A stretch of 64,000 bases of DNA from Octopus sinensis (taxonomy: Eukaryota): the NCBI RefSeq assembly GCF_006345805.1, contig NC_043020.1, positions 29,760,001-29,824,000 on the forward strand, in the 5' to 3' direction. A model generated the notes under the pieces. That model worked only from the letters and a program-made list of their open reading frames with translations. It was not told the DNA's origin and ran no database searches. This document shows positions 1 to 12,589 of the stretch, piece after piece; the first letter of the stretch is position 1, and every line of letters starts with the position of its first letter. Both the position numbers and the translations under genes were made by a program.

Positions 1-342
1 ACCTTGGGTAAAGGTCTTCTTCTATAGCCCCAAGCTAACCAAGGCCTTTTGAGTGGATTTAGTAGATGGAAACTGAAAGAAGCTTATTGTACAGTTTGTG
101 TCTGTAGAAGTGTGGTATTATGTGTCTCCTTGTCCTGATATCACATGATTGTTGTAAATTTGTGCCACTGTTATTCAAACCTATTCTGCTAGAACATGTC
201 TGGCAATGGGGAAATATTATCTTGCTTGGAATCAAGTGAGGGTCAGTGACAGCAAGGACATTCAGCCACAGAAGAATCTCTCTTAGTAAACTGCATCTGA
301 CCCATGCAAGCCTGGGAAAGTGGGTATTAAAATGATGATTAG
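1..342 (+). mobile_element. Composite SINE (family A), cut by the window edge
   Basis: CCTTGGG(C/T)AA CORE-like box, then gtggattt(a/g)gtagatggaaactgaaagaagc, a ggggaaatatta(t/c)cttgcttgga body and a ccatgcaagc...aaaatgatga tail. Same layout as 21179-21603 and 27960-28570. Confidence 0.7.
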
Positions 343-1060
343 ATAGATACCGTATTTCCATGCATACAAGTTGGTGTAGTTTATAGTATAAGCATCCAAA
401 CATTGTTGCATGGAATGTTTGGTCCTCCAAAGTCTTGGGGTAAAAGTCGACTCCTTTTTTTTTTCTTTTTTTTGCTGTAAATTTTGGCCTGAAAATTTGA
501 TTTCTGTCCCAGAAAGTACAGAAGATAGACATGATAAGGCTTATTTTTGACATTTGATAATCTTTGCCTTTCTGCAACTCAAAATGTAGAAGTTTCTCTC
601 TGGCTGAGAATTGCTTCCTCTGTCAGCCATAATTACCATTACACACTTCCTTATTCTCATACCTGCACTCCTTTATTCTCTCTTATTATTCTCACTGACT
701 CACAAATTTGCATTCTTTCTCCATTCTTTATTTGTAGAATCCTCCACTCCTCTTCATTGCCAATCTTTCTTTCCACTTCACACACACACACACACACGCT
801 CAGTCACCACAAGTAACTTGAATATCATACTGGACTCTCTCTCTCTCATCAGTCTATTAAGCTATCTCTTTCTCTCTCTCTCTATCTATCTATTTATCTT
901 TATAATACTTTCTTTTCCTCTTTTCCACCCCTTTCAACACAGCCATGGCCTTCTCTTTCCACATTCTCTTCTTTAACCCAAAATAGGAAGCCAGCAAAGA
1001 AAGGGACTTGTGAAATGGGGGTTCTTATATAACTGCTGAATATTTATGCATATGTGTGTG

Positions 1061-1064
<4 letters not shown>

Positions 1065-1128
<64 letters not shown>
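1065..1128. repeat. (TA)n microsatellite
   Basis: Uninterrupted TA dinucleotide run. Similar runs near 22198, 37505 and 38415. Confidence 0.95.
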
Positions 1129-1133
<5 letters not shown>

Positions 1134-1728
1134 GCACACACACACAAATTGAAGATTGGAGTCTATAATACTTTTATTTCCTGGTTGACAATACGAGGGG
1201 GGAAAATATTTGTGTTGTTCTGATCAAGACTAAACCCATTCCATGGTTTAACTCTTTTGTTTCTGCTGATCTACATTTCCAAGGTTTCAACTAATTTTGC
1301 AAATAGTGAAGAATTTATTTTAAAAAAACTGTCTGGTTACTTGTTTGCCATGGAAACCAGGTAACAGGTCCTATGAGTCAAGGCAGTAATATCCAGGGGT
1401 TGATGATGATGATAAAAGTTCAAGAAACCCAAAGGAAGCAAAAAAGGGGACTTGAACAGGAAAATATTAAGAAATTTTCCAATAAATGCTTCTGAAAATG
1501 ATATGAGAAGTATCTTCTCCATGGCCTCAATATTCTGTAGTGAAATAGATTTTTGTTATCAATGCCTCTTCTTGTTTCAAACAATGGTAGAGTTTCTTGT
1601 TACCAACATCAGAACTTATAAGAATTTCTTTTCCATAGGTTGTGTCAATTATTTAATAATGAAAATACAATTTGGTTTTTATGACTAAGTGAAACTATAT
1701 GATTTTTTTCCTTTTCATCTAATTTCAG

Positions 1729-1823
1729 AGTGCGCAATCTCGCTTGTTTATCAAGGGAGGCCGTATTGTCAACGATGATCTCTCCTTCGATGCTGACATC
1801 TACATTGAAGATGGAATTATCAA
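1729..1823 (+). CDS. DPYS: Dihydropyrimidinase/CRMP coding exon A (first exon found; start codon not in it)
   Basis: tttcag|AGT...ATCAA|gtaag. Translates [32 protein letters not shown], the N-terminal beta-domain motif of DHP/CRMP. 95 nt, phase 0 to 2. Confidence 0.93.
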
Positions 1824-2677
1824 GTAAGAAATATGTTTTGTATTTTTCAGTTCTGTACCTTATTTGATGGTATATAAGATGCACTTATTACGCCCTCCCC
1901 CCACCCTCAAAAAAGTTTTTTTTTTAAATCACCCTGGGTCCTATATAAGAAGTTGAGCCCCCATAAACTTCAATGCACTAAAAACTTCTTTTCGTATGTG
2001 CTGCTGGACTTGGGGTGCATCTTTTATGTCACCAAATATTATACTATAACAGTGACATCTTGTGGCTAAGTCAATATTTATTTCTTTATTTATCCAATTT
2101 AAACCCTTTTATTACCATATTTCTGTTGAAATGCTTAACCTTTTTGTTTCAATTAATTTTGACAAGAATGGGGAATTCAGTAAAATAATCTGATGTTTGG
2201 AACATAATAGATTAACAAAATGTCTAATGGAAGGTTTTAATGTCCACCACTTTAAAACAGGAAGTTTGTATCGTAAAATCAGTGAAGGTTTCAGGTGAGT
2301 TGGTACCAAAAGGGTGAAGCATCCATGACCAGCCAGAAAGCCATAATAGACTTAGAAAGAAAGAAAGAAAAAAGTATTTTGTTATATTTGAAAGAAGAAA
2401 GGGAAAGAGAAAAACTATTTCCTTTTAAAAGCAAAACACATAATATTAACCATTTGAAATGCTAACATGGCAAACTAATGGTTTATGAATGAAGATCAGT
2501 GCCAGGCTGAAATTAGATTGATTAAAAGACTATTGAAGGTAGTGCTCCAACATGGTCACAGTCATTTGACTGAAACCAGTAAGATAATCTTTTATCTTTT
2601 TGCTTGTTTGGCATTGGACTGTGGCCATGCTGGAGCACTGCCTTAAGAGACAAATAGACTATATTTCAAGTCTGGAA

Positions 2678-2885
2678 GGTGGCGAGCTGGGCAAAATGTT
2701 TAGCGGTATTTCATCTGTCATTATGTTCTGAGTTCAAATTCCGCCGAGGTCAACTTTGCCTTTCATCCTTTTGGGGTCGATAAATAAAGTACCAGTTTCA
2801 CACTGGTGTCGATGTAATCGACTTAATCCCTTTATCTGTCCTTGTTTGTCTCCTCTATGTTTAGCCCCTTGTGGGCAATAAAGAA
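2678..2885 (+). mobile_element. Dispersed SINE-like repeat (family C)
   Basis: ggcgagctgggc...gttcaaattccgccgaggtcaactttgcctttcatccttttggggtcg. Recurs at about 30790-30990 (-), 43750-43960, 44000-44180 and 49222-49420. Confidence 0.7.
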
Positions 2886-3239
2886 ATATATATTTCAAGT
2901 CTGGTTCTTATATTGATTTCATTTGCCAAACTGCTATGTTATAGGGACATAAACACACCAACACTGGTTGTCTGACAGTGGAGGACAAACACAGACCACC
3001 AACACACACACACACACACACATATACACTTATAGGTACTTATACAATGGCTTTCCACAGCCTCTGTGTACCAGATTCACTCAGAAGGCATTAGTCAACC
3101 TAGGGTTATAATAGAAAACAATTAACCCAAGGTGCCATGCCATGGGACAGAATCCTGAACCCAAGACCATGTGGCTGCAAAACTTTTGGTGTGAACCAAG
3201 TTTTGAAAGTGGTGATCCTGTACATTCAGTCAGTCTGCA

Positions 3240-3275
<36 letters not shown>

Positions 3276-4534
3276 ATTCACACGCACACTCACACACACA
3301 CACTGCTTATAATGCACCTCTGCTTCATTGTTAAAGATTAATTAGTCATAAATTTTTCATCAGATTATTGTGGGGAAAGGCACAATAAAGTCATGAAAAA
3401 TTTGTGACTGTGATTAATTAAGTTATTAATTAACAATTAAAGTGAACTGAACTGCAACCAGTGCATATGTTCGTTACCAGAATAAAGAATAATCCTTCCC
3501 AAATATAATTAGATTGCGAATGCAAATATAGAGGCTTCTGTATTTCTGCACTGAATAAAACCATGCTTTCACATTGGTCGATTAAAGCATTTAATTTGGT
3601 GAAGGAAAAGGAAAGGGGCGTAACTGGTAACATGTTTGTCCCGGTTACAATCCAAGGAGTTTTGTTATATATTATAATGCATTTTAAGCTGTTAATTATC
3701 TGTTGAATCATTTGTTTCAAAAATAATCATTAATAAAGATTTGTGTGTGTGTGTGTGTGTCTTAAGCTGCATACTGATTGGTTAAAATGTAGTTCATAAG
3801 ATTCAGCCTGCTGGAGTCTTTCGGAAGTTATTTATAGCACAAATTCAGTCAGTTTGCTTCAGTTATTGATTGTGAAATACAACTGTCAGTTAATACTGCT
3901 GCTACATAAACTTGAAGATTGTGGAAATCATGAAAGTACTTGTATTATCATAATACATACAAAATAAAATTATGTTGGAATTTCATTGACTTTATATATA
4001 TATTGTAGCATGAAGTTAGCCTCTCAGGTTTCATAGTCTTGCAAATTGCATGACAGCTTCACTAGTTGTGGTTTGATGATAAAAACACCCAGAACACTCT
4101 GTAAGGGGATTGTCATAAAAACCATATCAAAGCGCATCCTGGAGCACACTAGTCCTTGGGCCCATCGGATCCTACACATGGCAGCATGGAACATAGACAG
4201 TGGGTGATGTGACCCGTTGTGGATGGTAGTAGTGATTGAATTCTTGAGACATCTCTTTTGAATGTTTTGTTCATAAAATTTGCATAGGTGTTATTCTAAA
4301 CAGCAATAGTGGTAAAGTTAGAAAGGAGGTGGCAGAGAGGAAGAAGACAAAGAAGGAGAAAGAGAAGGGAGAATAAGAAGGAATGTAGGTAGTATGATAG
4401 TAGAAGTGTGTTAAATGGTCAAGTGACCTAAAAGTGACTCATTATGGATTATAGCAGTGATTGGGACTGTTTTTTAATGAATTCTTGGGAATCTCTTAAG
4501 TGTATCATTTTTAATATTTGCGTGTGTGTTTGTG

Positions 4535-5175
4535 TTATTCTAAGGCTGTGGTGGATATGTCATTTGTTGTAGACGCATTCGAAAGGGGTATGTATTTTGT
4601 AATAAAGAGAGTCTCTTTACTAATTTGTTGGCTACGGGTTGTATCGTCCCTGAATTGGTAGAGGGGGAAAATTCTGAAGCTTGGATTTTTGTTGTTGGTG
4701 CAAATGTCGATGTGTTGGCTGAAGGCTACTTTTCTGTTTTGGGGAATTTTGATCTGGGATCTGTGCAGAGCCATTCCTTTACGTAGACTGTTTTTTGTTT
4801 GGCCTATGTATTGCTCTTGACACCCAGAGCAGGTTAGTGTGTATATCAGGTTCTCTGAAGCACATGTGAAGTTGCTTTCCACTGTGAAACGTTGTCCCCA
4901 TTTGAAGGAGAACTCTGATCCCTCAAGTAACTTAACACATAGCCCACAGTTGGGTCTTCCGCATTTTTTTTACTGACGACTTCTGTGTTGTTGCTGAGCA
5001 TATTCTGGCTTGTGTTAGGAGATTTTTCATAGATTTGGGTTGTCTCTTGCTTTTTATGATGTGTGTTTGGAGGATTAAGTTCATTCTGTGGTCCTTTTTT
5101 AGCAGGGGAATGTTTTGAAGGATGGTGTGAAAGGCTTCATTGTTAAGAGGGTTGTGTGGGGCTATAGTAGATATT
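4535..5175 (-). mobile_element. Penelope-like element 3' fragment (Cys-rich linker plus GIY-YIG endonuclease), frameshifted
   Basis: Minus strand reads ...KRQPKSMKNLLTQAR...KK, then a frameshift in the T8 run at 4964-4971, then CGRPNCGLC...FTCASENLIYTLTCSGCQEQYIGQTKNSLR...KETLFITKY. This is the typical PLE IY...YIG endonuclease layout. Confidence 0.85.
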
Positions 5176-5833
5176 TGTTTTGCATTAGGACTAAACCCAA
5201 AACCACACGGTTGAGAAATGAACTTTTTAATCACTGCTCTATCTCTACCTACACACACACACACACCACACACACACACACATTTGACTGGCTTCCACAG
5301 AGTTCCTGTGTATCAAACCCAGAACCATACAGTTGAAATGGTAACATCTTAACCACTTGGCCATATTTGCACTCTTAAATGCAAGTGAGACATAGGCTGC
5401 TGCGAGGAGGATAGAACATCGATTAGCTACGACATGGAAAGACCCATGCTCAGAATATCCATTAAGAGAGCACATTTGAAATGAGATAATCCGAAAACAG
5501 AACAGAGTGGATGATGTGATTGTTGAGTACCGAAAGTACAACACAATGATGGGAAGACGATTTAGTTAAGCAGTTTGGGAAAAGATGGGAATGAATGGGG
5601 CAATGAAGACGGAATTGGAAGCGCATTGTGACCAGTGGTGTCTGACAGCATCTGATCACCCAGTTGATACAGGGGATATCATTGATTGTCCCTTTTTCAG
5701 GCTAATTTTCCATTTCATCCATTCATTGTCCTACCCCCCTCCCTCCCCCGCTTTCGAACAGTCTTTGCCCCTATTGTTTGCTGATGTCTATTGTTTCCTT
5801 TTCCTCATTACAAAATATTTCTTTATCTTTCAG

Positions 5834-5907
5834 ACAAATTGGCAACAATCTTGTCATTCCAGGTGGTTCAAGAACTATTGAAGCCAAGAACAAACTGGTC
5901 ATTCCAG
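5834..5907 (+). CDS. DPYS: DHP/CRMP coding exon B
   Basis: ctttcag|A...CCAG|gtaggt. (K)QIGNNLVIPGGSRTIEAKNKLVIP(G). 74 nt, phase 2 to 1. Confidence 0.94.
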
Positions 5908-6429
5908 GTAGGTAACATTAAACAAAGCAAAAATAAACAAATATTGAAATAAAACTAAAGTGATACCTATTAGTAAATCTGTCTGTTTGTCCTCACCTAA
6001 TTTTCTGTTTTTTCTTTAACCTAAACTATATTTTTAGCTTAGTTTTCAATATTCTGAACGTATGAGATTGACGGCTACACCATTTGCCCAGCCTTATTGA
6101 TTTAATCTGCACCATTCTCTCTGGAATGCGTACAGGGTGATAGAAAAGCTTTTAGCTTATTAATAAACTACTTTGGAGTATCAATCAATTGCATTCGTTT
6201 GTTATATTTTTTGATTACACAGCAAATTGTGGTGAAATTCAACTATTGATTTCTGCTGTTTTCAACTCTGGTTTATGTCCTGTAATCACAGGGAAATCTT
6301 AATCTACTTTAAAATAATCTCAGAAATAGCTTTCATTTTGGCCGCCCACCTGGCATACATGCATACATACATACATACATATATATATAGTATAAAATTA
6401 ATGTGGGCAGCTGGATGCAATATAAACGA

Positions 6430-6712
6430 TCATCATCGTCATTTAGCGTCTGTTTTCCATGCTGGTATGGGTTGGACAGTTTGACTGAAACTAGTAAGCC
6501 AGGGAGCTGCACCAGGTTCCAGTCTGATTTGGCATGGTTTTAACAGCTGGATGCCCTTCCTTATGCCAACCACTCCAAGAGTATAATGGGTGCTTTTACA
6601 TGCCACCAGCACAGGTGACACTTGTGACACTGGCATCGGCCACGACTACAATTCCACTTGGCCTGATGAGTCTTCTCAAGCACAGCATGTCACCAAGGGT
6701 CTCTGGGCAAAA
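6430..6712 (-). mobile_element. 5'-truncated RTE-like LINE 3' UTR copy
   Basis: Reverse complement matches 60150-60552, which directly follows the RT C-terminus, including the (GAT)n tail. Confidence 0.75.
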
Positions 6713-8795
6713 TTTAGTCATCACTAGTTGTGACTCTATGTGCTGCAAGCACATATATTGCTAGAAATAAGAGTCAAACCACTTATAGCTGCATGAAAGC
6801 ACATTTATACATACTGACAGGGGACATAAGTGCCTCATGAGCGAAGTGCAGCTAGAACACTGGATTGCAGAGTTCCGTCCTGACAGGAATTGTCAACAGT
6901 GTGCTTCCATTGCTTTCATGGAAGCACACTGTTTCACTGATTGAGCTGTGGCCATTCTAGAGCACCACCTTGAAGGATTCTAGCCAAATAGATACCCACC
7001 CTGCCCCTACTCCCATGTTTATTCTTCAAGTCTGTTAGTCTCTTTCACTGAACTGCCATGTTATGAGGATGTAAACAAACCAGCACCAGTTGCTCAACAG
7101 TGGTGGGGGACAAACTTGATACATGTGCGCTTCGGTGCACACAGACACATGATAAGCTTCCACACAGTTTTTACCAACCAAATTCGCTCACATGGCATTG
7201 GTCGACCAAGGGCTGTAGTAGAAGACACTTGCCTAGAGGGACTGAACCTGAGACCACATGGTTGGTTGCAAAACAAGCTTATATATAATTTTGCTTATAA
7301 TGGTACTGAGATTTCATCATCATATCCGTGTTTGGTTCTGTGCTGGCATGGGTTGGACAGGTCTTACATCCTCACATCACCTCTTCCCCATCCCCAAAGA
7401 TTCTCCATCATCTGGCAGTCACAGCAGCAGAGGAAACCAGCCATCTCTGTTGCTGTATTTTGTTTTTTTTATATATTTTTAGCATCTGAATGCTCTTTCT
7501 ATATAACCAACCACTTCACAGGAAATTTTCTGCCACAAGACCCAAGAATTTCCTCCATACTCTATTTACCATTTTTCTTACGACCCAAGAATTTGTTTCA
7601 GTTGATTTCACGAGATTGAAAGGAACAGCTCAATAGATTTCATTATTGGTGGAACAAACATAAGCACAGACCAGACAATATAAGTCAGAGGGTTCTATGC
7701 CAAAGACCATTCCTTGTTACTTTTAAGAAAGAAATGTCGACTGTCGTTATGTTAATTTTTAGGAGGAAATGTAGGCCATCGTTATGTCATTCTTAAGTAA
7801 GACATGTCGACCGATGCGTCATCTTAAGTAGCAATGTAGGACTTCATTATATCGTTCTTTTGTGGGGTGGGGGGTGGGGTGTCAAGTAGGAATTAAATGC
7901 ATGAGAAATCTGTGATCACCCAACCTGTCTTGGAGGACAGTAATTCCAAATAAGAACTGACTCTGACTGTAATGACATCCAACCATGCAAGCATTGGAAG
8001 TCGGTGAAGAATGATGATGATTAATAAGCATTTCTAAAGAACATTTTTATGTCTTTTAAACCCAATTGAAAACCCACAAATGTATTTTTTTTAAGGGGGA
8101 GACACTTGCACCTGGTCTTCTGCTGTCTTTTGAAGAGTTCATTCTGTTGCAAACATTGGTGCCAAATCAACAATCTGAAAAATACTTCCACCTCTTTCTC
8201 CTGTTAGTCTCAGGGGCTGTGAAAATGGTCAAGGAATCTTATTTAACCCTCTCTGCTCTGACTTTAGTCTTATAAAAGAGAAAACTATATTAGGTTCTTT
8301 ATCCTTTAATTTTCCAAAACAATTTTGCCTCCATTTTCTGAATTGTCTTTAGATTATTCTCCTCAGCTGAGTGGGATTTTACCGTTTCTTCTTTCCTGTC
8401 TTGCAAGGTACTCAGCAACCCTATTAGTGTTGGTGGCACAGAAATAACACCCAGTACATGCTGTGAAGTGGTTGACATTAGGAAGGGCATCTAGCTGTAG
8501 AAACCATGCCAAAGCTAACATTAACATAGAGCACAATGCAGCCTTATAGCTCCCTGGATTTTATCAAACAGACATTAAATGATTATTATTATTATTATTA
8601 TCCATTTAACTTCTCATATCTATGTCCCTGTTGCATCTCTGCTCCATCCCACAGTTTAGAGACGCAACACTTTCCTCAACACACAAACTGTTCCAAGTGT
8701 TGCTGCCAACTGAATACTTCCTATGAAGTTTGGTATTTGCAGCTGTTGATGCTAGAGTATTGCTCTCTTTGAAATGGTCCCAGGTGCACCAATCA

Positions 8796-8826
<31 letters not shown>

Positions 8827-9626
8827 AAAGCTTTTAGAAACTATAAAAAACTAAAGACTTACATTTGAGTTTATCAAAACCAAACAATAGTTTTTTTGTT
8901 TTGTTTTTTGTGTAAAATATGTTACAAAAGATGTTAAGAGTCCTTAAGCTAGAAGTTCAAGTGATGGAGGATAGTAGTTTGTGTCTGAAGATGATGAGGA
9001 GTGGCATGGCCTCAATTGGTGATGTAAACCAATCCTTGACGCCACAAAGCTTTTCTTTCTGCCTGCACTTGTAGTTTTAAAGTGAGTCAGCTGATGCCAT
9101 CTGATCCCATTCTTTAGATTTGGTGGTCTGACCACAGTGGCTCAATGGGCCAAGACAGCTGTGGTGACCAGCAAGCTGTAAATTTCACATTGCTTGACTA
9201 AAGGCGGTGCTCCAGCATGGCCGCAGTCAAATGACTGAAACAAGTAAAAGAGTAAAATCCTTAAAGGTGGTGCTCCAGTATTTTCAACCCTTCTGGTAAC
9301 TTTTGGCCACCAGTCTAATAATGGTCGGCTGTTGAGGCATTCTGCAATTCAAGTGAAATGCAATATCCAGTTCACACAAAACGGTCTTTCGGTGTATTTG
9401 CTTGATTCCGTTTAATCGTTTTCAGTAGACACAATGCTCTATTTATCTAAGATTTTCTTTCGTTCACAATATTGTGGCTGATGTAATGAACCACCGTTCC
9501 TGACACATCACAGTTGAATATGAAAATCTCCCTGACTTTTAAATGTTTAAACAGATAAATATATAGCAAGTGTGTGTGTGTATGGCAAGTGTGTGTCTGT
9601 ATGTGTGAAGTAAAATATATGAACTT

Positions 9627-9778
9627 ATCATCATCATCATTTAATGTCCGTTTTCCATGCTAGCATGGGTTGGATAGTTCGACTGGGGTCTGGGAAGCCA
9701 GGAGGCTGCACCAGGCTCCAATCTGATCTGGCAGTGTTTCTACACCTGGATGCCCTTCCTAATGCCAACCACTCCGTG
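9627..9778 (-). mobile_element. RTE-like LINE 3' end copy
   Basis: catcatcatcatttaatgtccgttttccatgctagcatgggttgg...ctggatgcccttcctaatgccaaccactcc. Confidence 0.8.
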
Positions 9779-9963
9779 TGTAATCTGCTGGACAGTTACA
9801 AAAGTGACCCAAGAGATGAGTTTTGTGTCTGGCAGTTATCTTGCATGAAACTCTCGTTCCTTCAGTCGTTTTTGCACCTTTTCTTCTGCTAATTTAAAAA
9901 ACATACCCCGTTATTGAGTTCTGTTTCTTCTGTTTGTTTCAATAAACCCATACATACTACACT

Positions 9964-10116
9964 CGCGGAGTGGTTGGCGTTAGGAAGGGCATCCAGCTGT
10001 AGAAACACTGCCAATCAGACTGGAGCCTGGAGCAGCCCCTGGCTCCCCAGACCCCGGTCGAACCGTCCAACCCGTGCTAGCGCGGAAAACGGACGTTAAA
10101 CGATGATGATGATGAT
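9964..10116 (+). mobile_element. RTE-like LINE 3' end copy (inverted relative to 9627-9778)
   Basis: ggagtggttggcgttaggaagggcatccagctgtag...ggacgttaaacgatgatgatgatgat. Confidence 0.8.
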
Positions 10117-10632
10117 ACATGCAATACCACCACCACCATTTAACAACTACTTTCCATGAGAGGTAACAGGGACTTTGAAGTTCCAGCCTGCTAGCTTCCA
10201 TCAACTTTGAAGTCTATTTTGTGTAAAAGTATTTAAAAAATGTGTACAAAAAGTACCAAGTAATTCTTCAGTTTAATGTGAAATTGTTTTTATTATTTAT
10301 AACTCAACATAAAAACCAGCATTGCTCTGTGTGTGTGTGTGTGCTTGGTAACTCTGTCAGTGCTGGTGCCATGTGAAAAATACCTGTGATGGGGGCCATA
10401 AGAAGCACCCAGTGCACTCTGTACAGATGTTGGTATTAAGGACATCCAACCATAGAACCACACCAAAACAGACAAATGGAGTCTGGTGTGGCCCCTGACC
10501 TTGTCAGCTCCTGTCAAACTGTCCAACCCATGCCAGCATGGAAAACAAACATTAATTGATGATGGTACTTATGTATTGAACCTCTTTCTTTTTGATGAAG
10601 TTATTTGCAGGATTATATTTGCCTTTATTTAA

Positions 10633-10785
<153 letters not shown>

Positions 10786-11094
10786 TAGTCCAGTAACTCA
10801 GTCTCTTCAACAACCAATATTATCTGCAGACTTTCTTCTTCTTACCGTTTTCTATCTTGCAATATCACTTGAAAATATCCTGTTTTAGAAGCAGTGGCAT
10901 AACTCTTTTAAATTCTTGGCATTTCAAGCCTGCCATTCCCCGTCGGAATGAATTGGGCAGTGTTTCTGAAACAGTATTTTATAACCGGTTGCCCTTCCTG
11001 TTGCTTCTTTCAAGACACAGGGACATGGAGTATTTATTCTAAAGCCAAGAACACAAGAGAGAGATTAATCATTTAATCCTTTTCTTATTGTGTT

Positions 11095-11337
11095 TCAGTC
11101 AAAATGCAGGGTTTGCAGAATGTCTTTGTTGAGCTCTACAGATCTTCCAGGATGAGGTTCATCTTCTGGGCTGTAGTTTCTGGCTCGGACTTTCTGGAAC
11201 CACCTTTGACACTGGCTTACACTTATTGTCTGATCCCCATATTCTGCATTAATATTCCTCGCACTTTCCATTGCATTGTTGCCTTTATTGAACTCATAAA
11301 GCAAAATATGCCAAATATGCTCCTCTATGACTTCCAT
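11095..11337 (-). mobile_element. Mariner-family transposase N-terminal HTH fragment
   Basis: HIWHILLYEFNKGNNAMESARNINAEYGDQTISVSQCQRWFQKVRARNYSPEDEPHPGRSVELN resembles the Mos1/Hsmar1 HTH region (LLYEF..G..A.E..RNIN..YG...W F.KF..G...LEDE...GRP). Truncated. Confidence 0.85.
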
Positions 11338-12424
11338 TATATCTTTGTTAATTTATAATTATTGATGATTCTTAAATATTGTTATATTGAAACATATATA
11401 TGTATGAAGAATTTCTTTTTTTTTGGGGAAATTTTTGGGTTATTTTGTTGGTTGAGGCGGTTCCTCTTATACTCTTATTGGTATGTTTTTCTATCTTTTA
11501 ATTTGCGTTAATTTTCCAATTGTAATACAATTAAAACAGACCAAGCATCGTTTTAATTTTTCTTCTCCACTTTCTTTTATTGACTTTTTAATTTTATGAG
11601 ACTGTTTATACACACACACACATACACACACACACATACACACACACACACATACACACACACACACATCTACTTAACTTTATCAGTTGCTGATCAGTCA
11701 AATACTCTGTGAGTTGGATCTGTGTGGAATCTAGGGTTCTCTGGATTACATGGAATTTGATTTCCCAGCTTGAAGGATGCTAATTGTTTCTCCTAAGAGA
11801 AATCTTGGAAATTTACTGGTCATTTTTAGAAGATTAAGGTTACATTTTGTCATAAGTCAATTTTAATCCCAGAGACAGATTTTCTACTTGGGCCCGAAAC
11901 TTACTGTGCTTTTGTACTTAAAAAGATAAAATGCAGACTTTCAGTGATCAACAGGGTTTATATGTTGCTGAGACCTTTTTTATTATATTCATCTTTTTTT
12001 GTTTCTCTCTCCAAATTTTTGCATTCAAAATTATGTGCCTTGAAGTACAGGCCGTCCTCAACACAAAAAACACAGGACACATTTTATGCATCTATTACAA
12101 GGGGAAAAGGCACAGAGATAGATAGATAGATGGGTGTGTAAGTTTGTGTTTCCTTATCTTGACATCATGTAATAGTTGAAAATGGGTGTCACTGTCATAG
12201 AAGCAGCACCATTCTTTTCTAATATTCAGCAAAATTATGTGTGACCATAGTAAAATATTACCTAGCTTGAGAGAGGGTTGGCAACAGGAAGGGCACCCAG
12301 CTGTAGAAAATCTGCTTCAATGACCTTTATCTGGCCGACGCCAGCATGACAATGGCGAACCTTTTGAATAGAATCTTCAAGAAATATCAGGCTGACCTCT
12401 AATGATTCTTTTCTTTTATTTCAG

Positions 12425-12589
12425 TGGATTTTGTGTTGGACCCTCGAGGCTGTTCACTCTTAGATGCTTATGAGAAGTGGAGAGATTGGGCTGATTCTAA
12501 AGTGTGCTGTGATTATGGTCTCCATATTGGCGTTACATGGTGGGATCCTCAAGTGGCCAAAGAAATGGATCTCTTGGTGAAAGAGAGAG
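12425..12589 (+). CDS. DPYS: DHP/CRMP coding exon D
   Basis: tttcag|TG...AGAG|gtaaat. MDFVLDPRGCSLLDAYEKWRDWADSKVCCDYGLHIGVTWWDPQVAKEMDLLVKER(G). 165 nt. Confidence 0.96.

Noticed and set aside
59-577. 172-aa minus-strand ORF and most other ORFs in the supplied track
   Set aside because: They overlap SINEs, microsatellites or low-complexity AT-rich DNA, show no recognisable domain, and many start at non-ATG codons. Only those overlapping DHP/CRMP exons or TE remnants are meaningful.
1350-1360. ATGGAAACCAG|gtaaca as the missing first coding exon
   Set aside because: The donor looks good, but ATG-GAA-ACC-AG ends in phase 2 while exon A needs phase 0, and the phase-0 frame has an upstream stop with no ATG. 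The start exon is probably outside the window.
6666-6690. Hammerhead core at cctgatgagtcttctc
   Set aside because: CTGATGA is present, but no stem II followed by GAAA; it is part of the reversed RTE 3' UTR.
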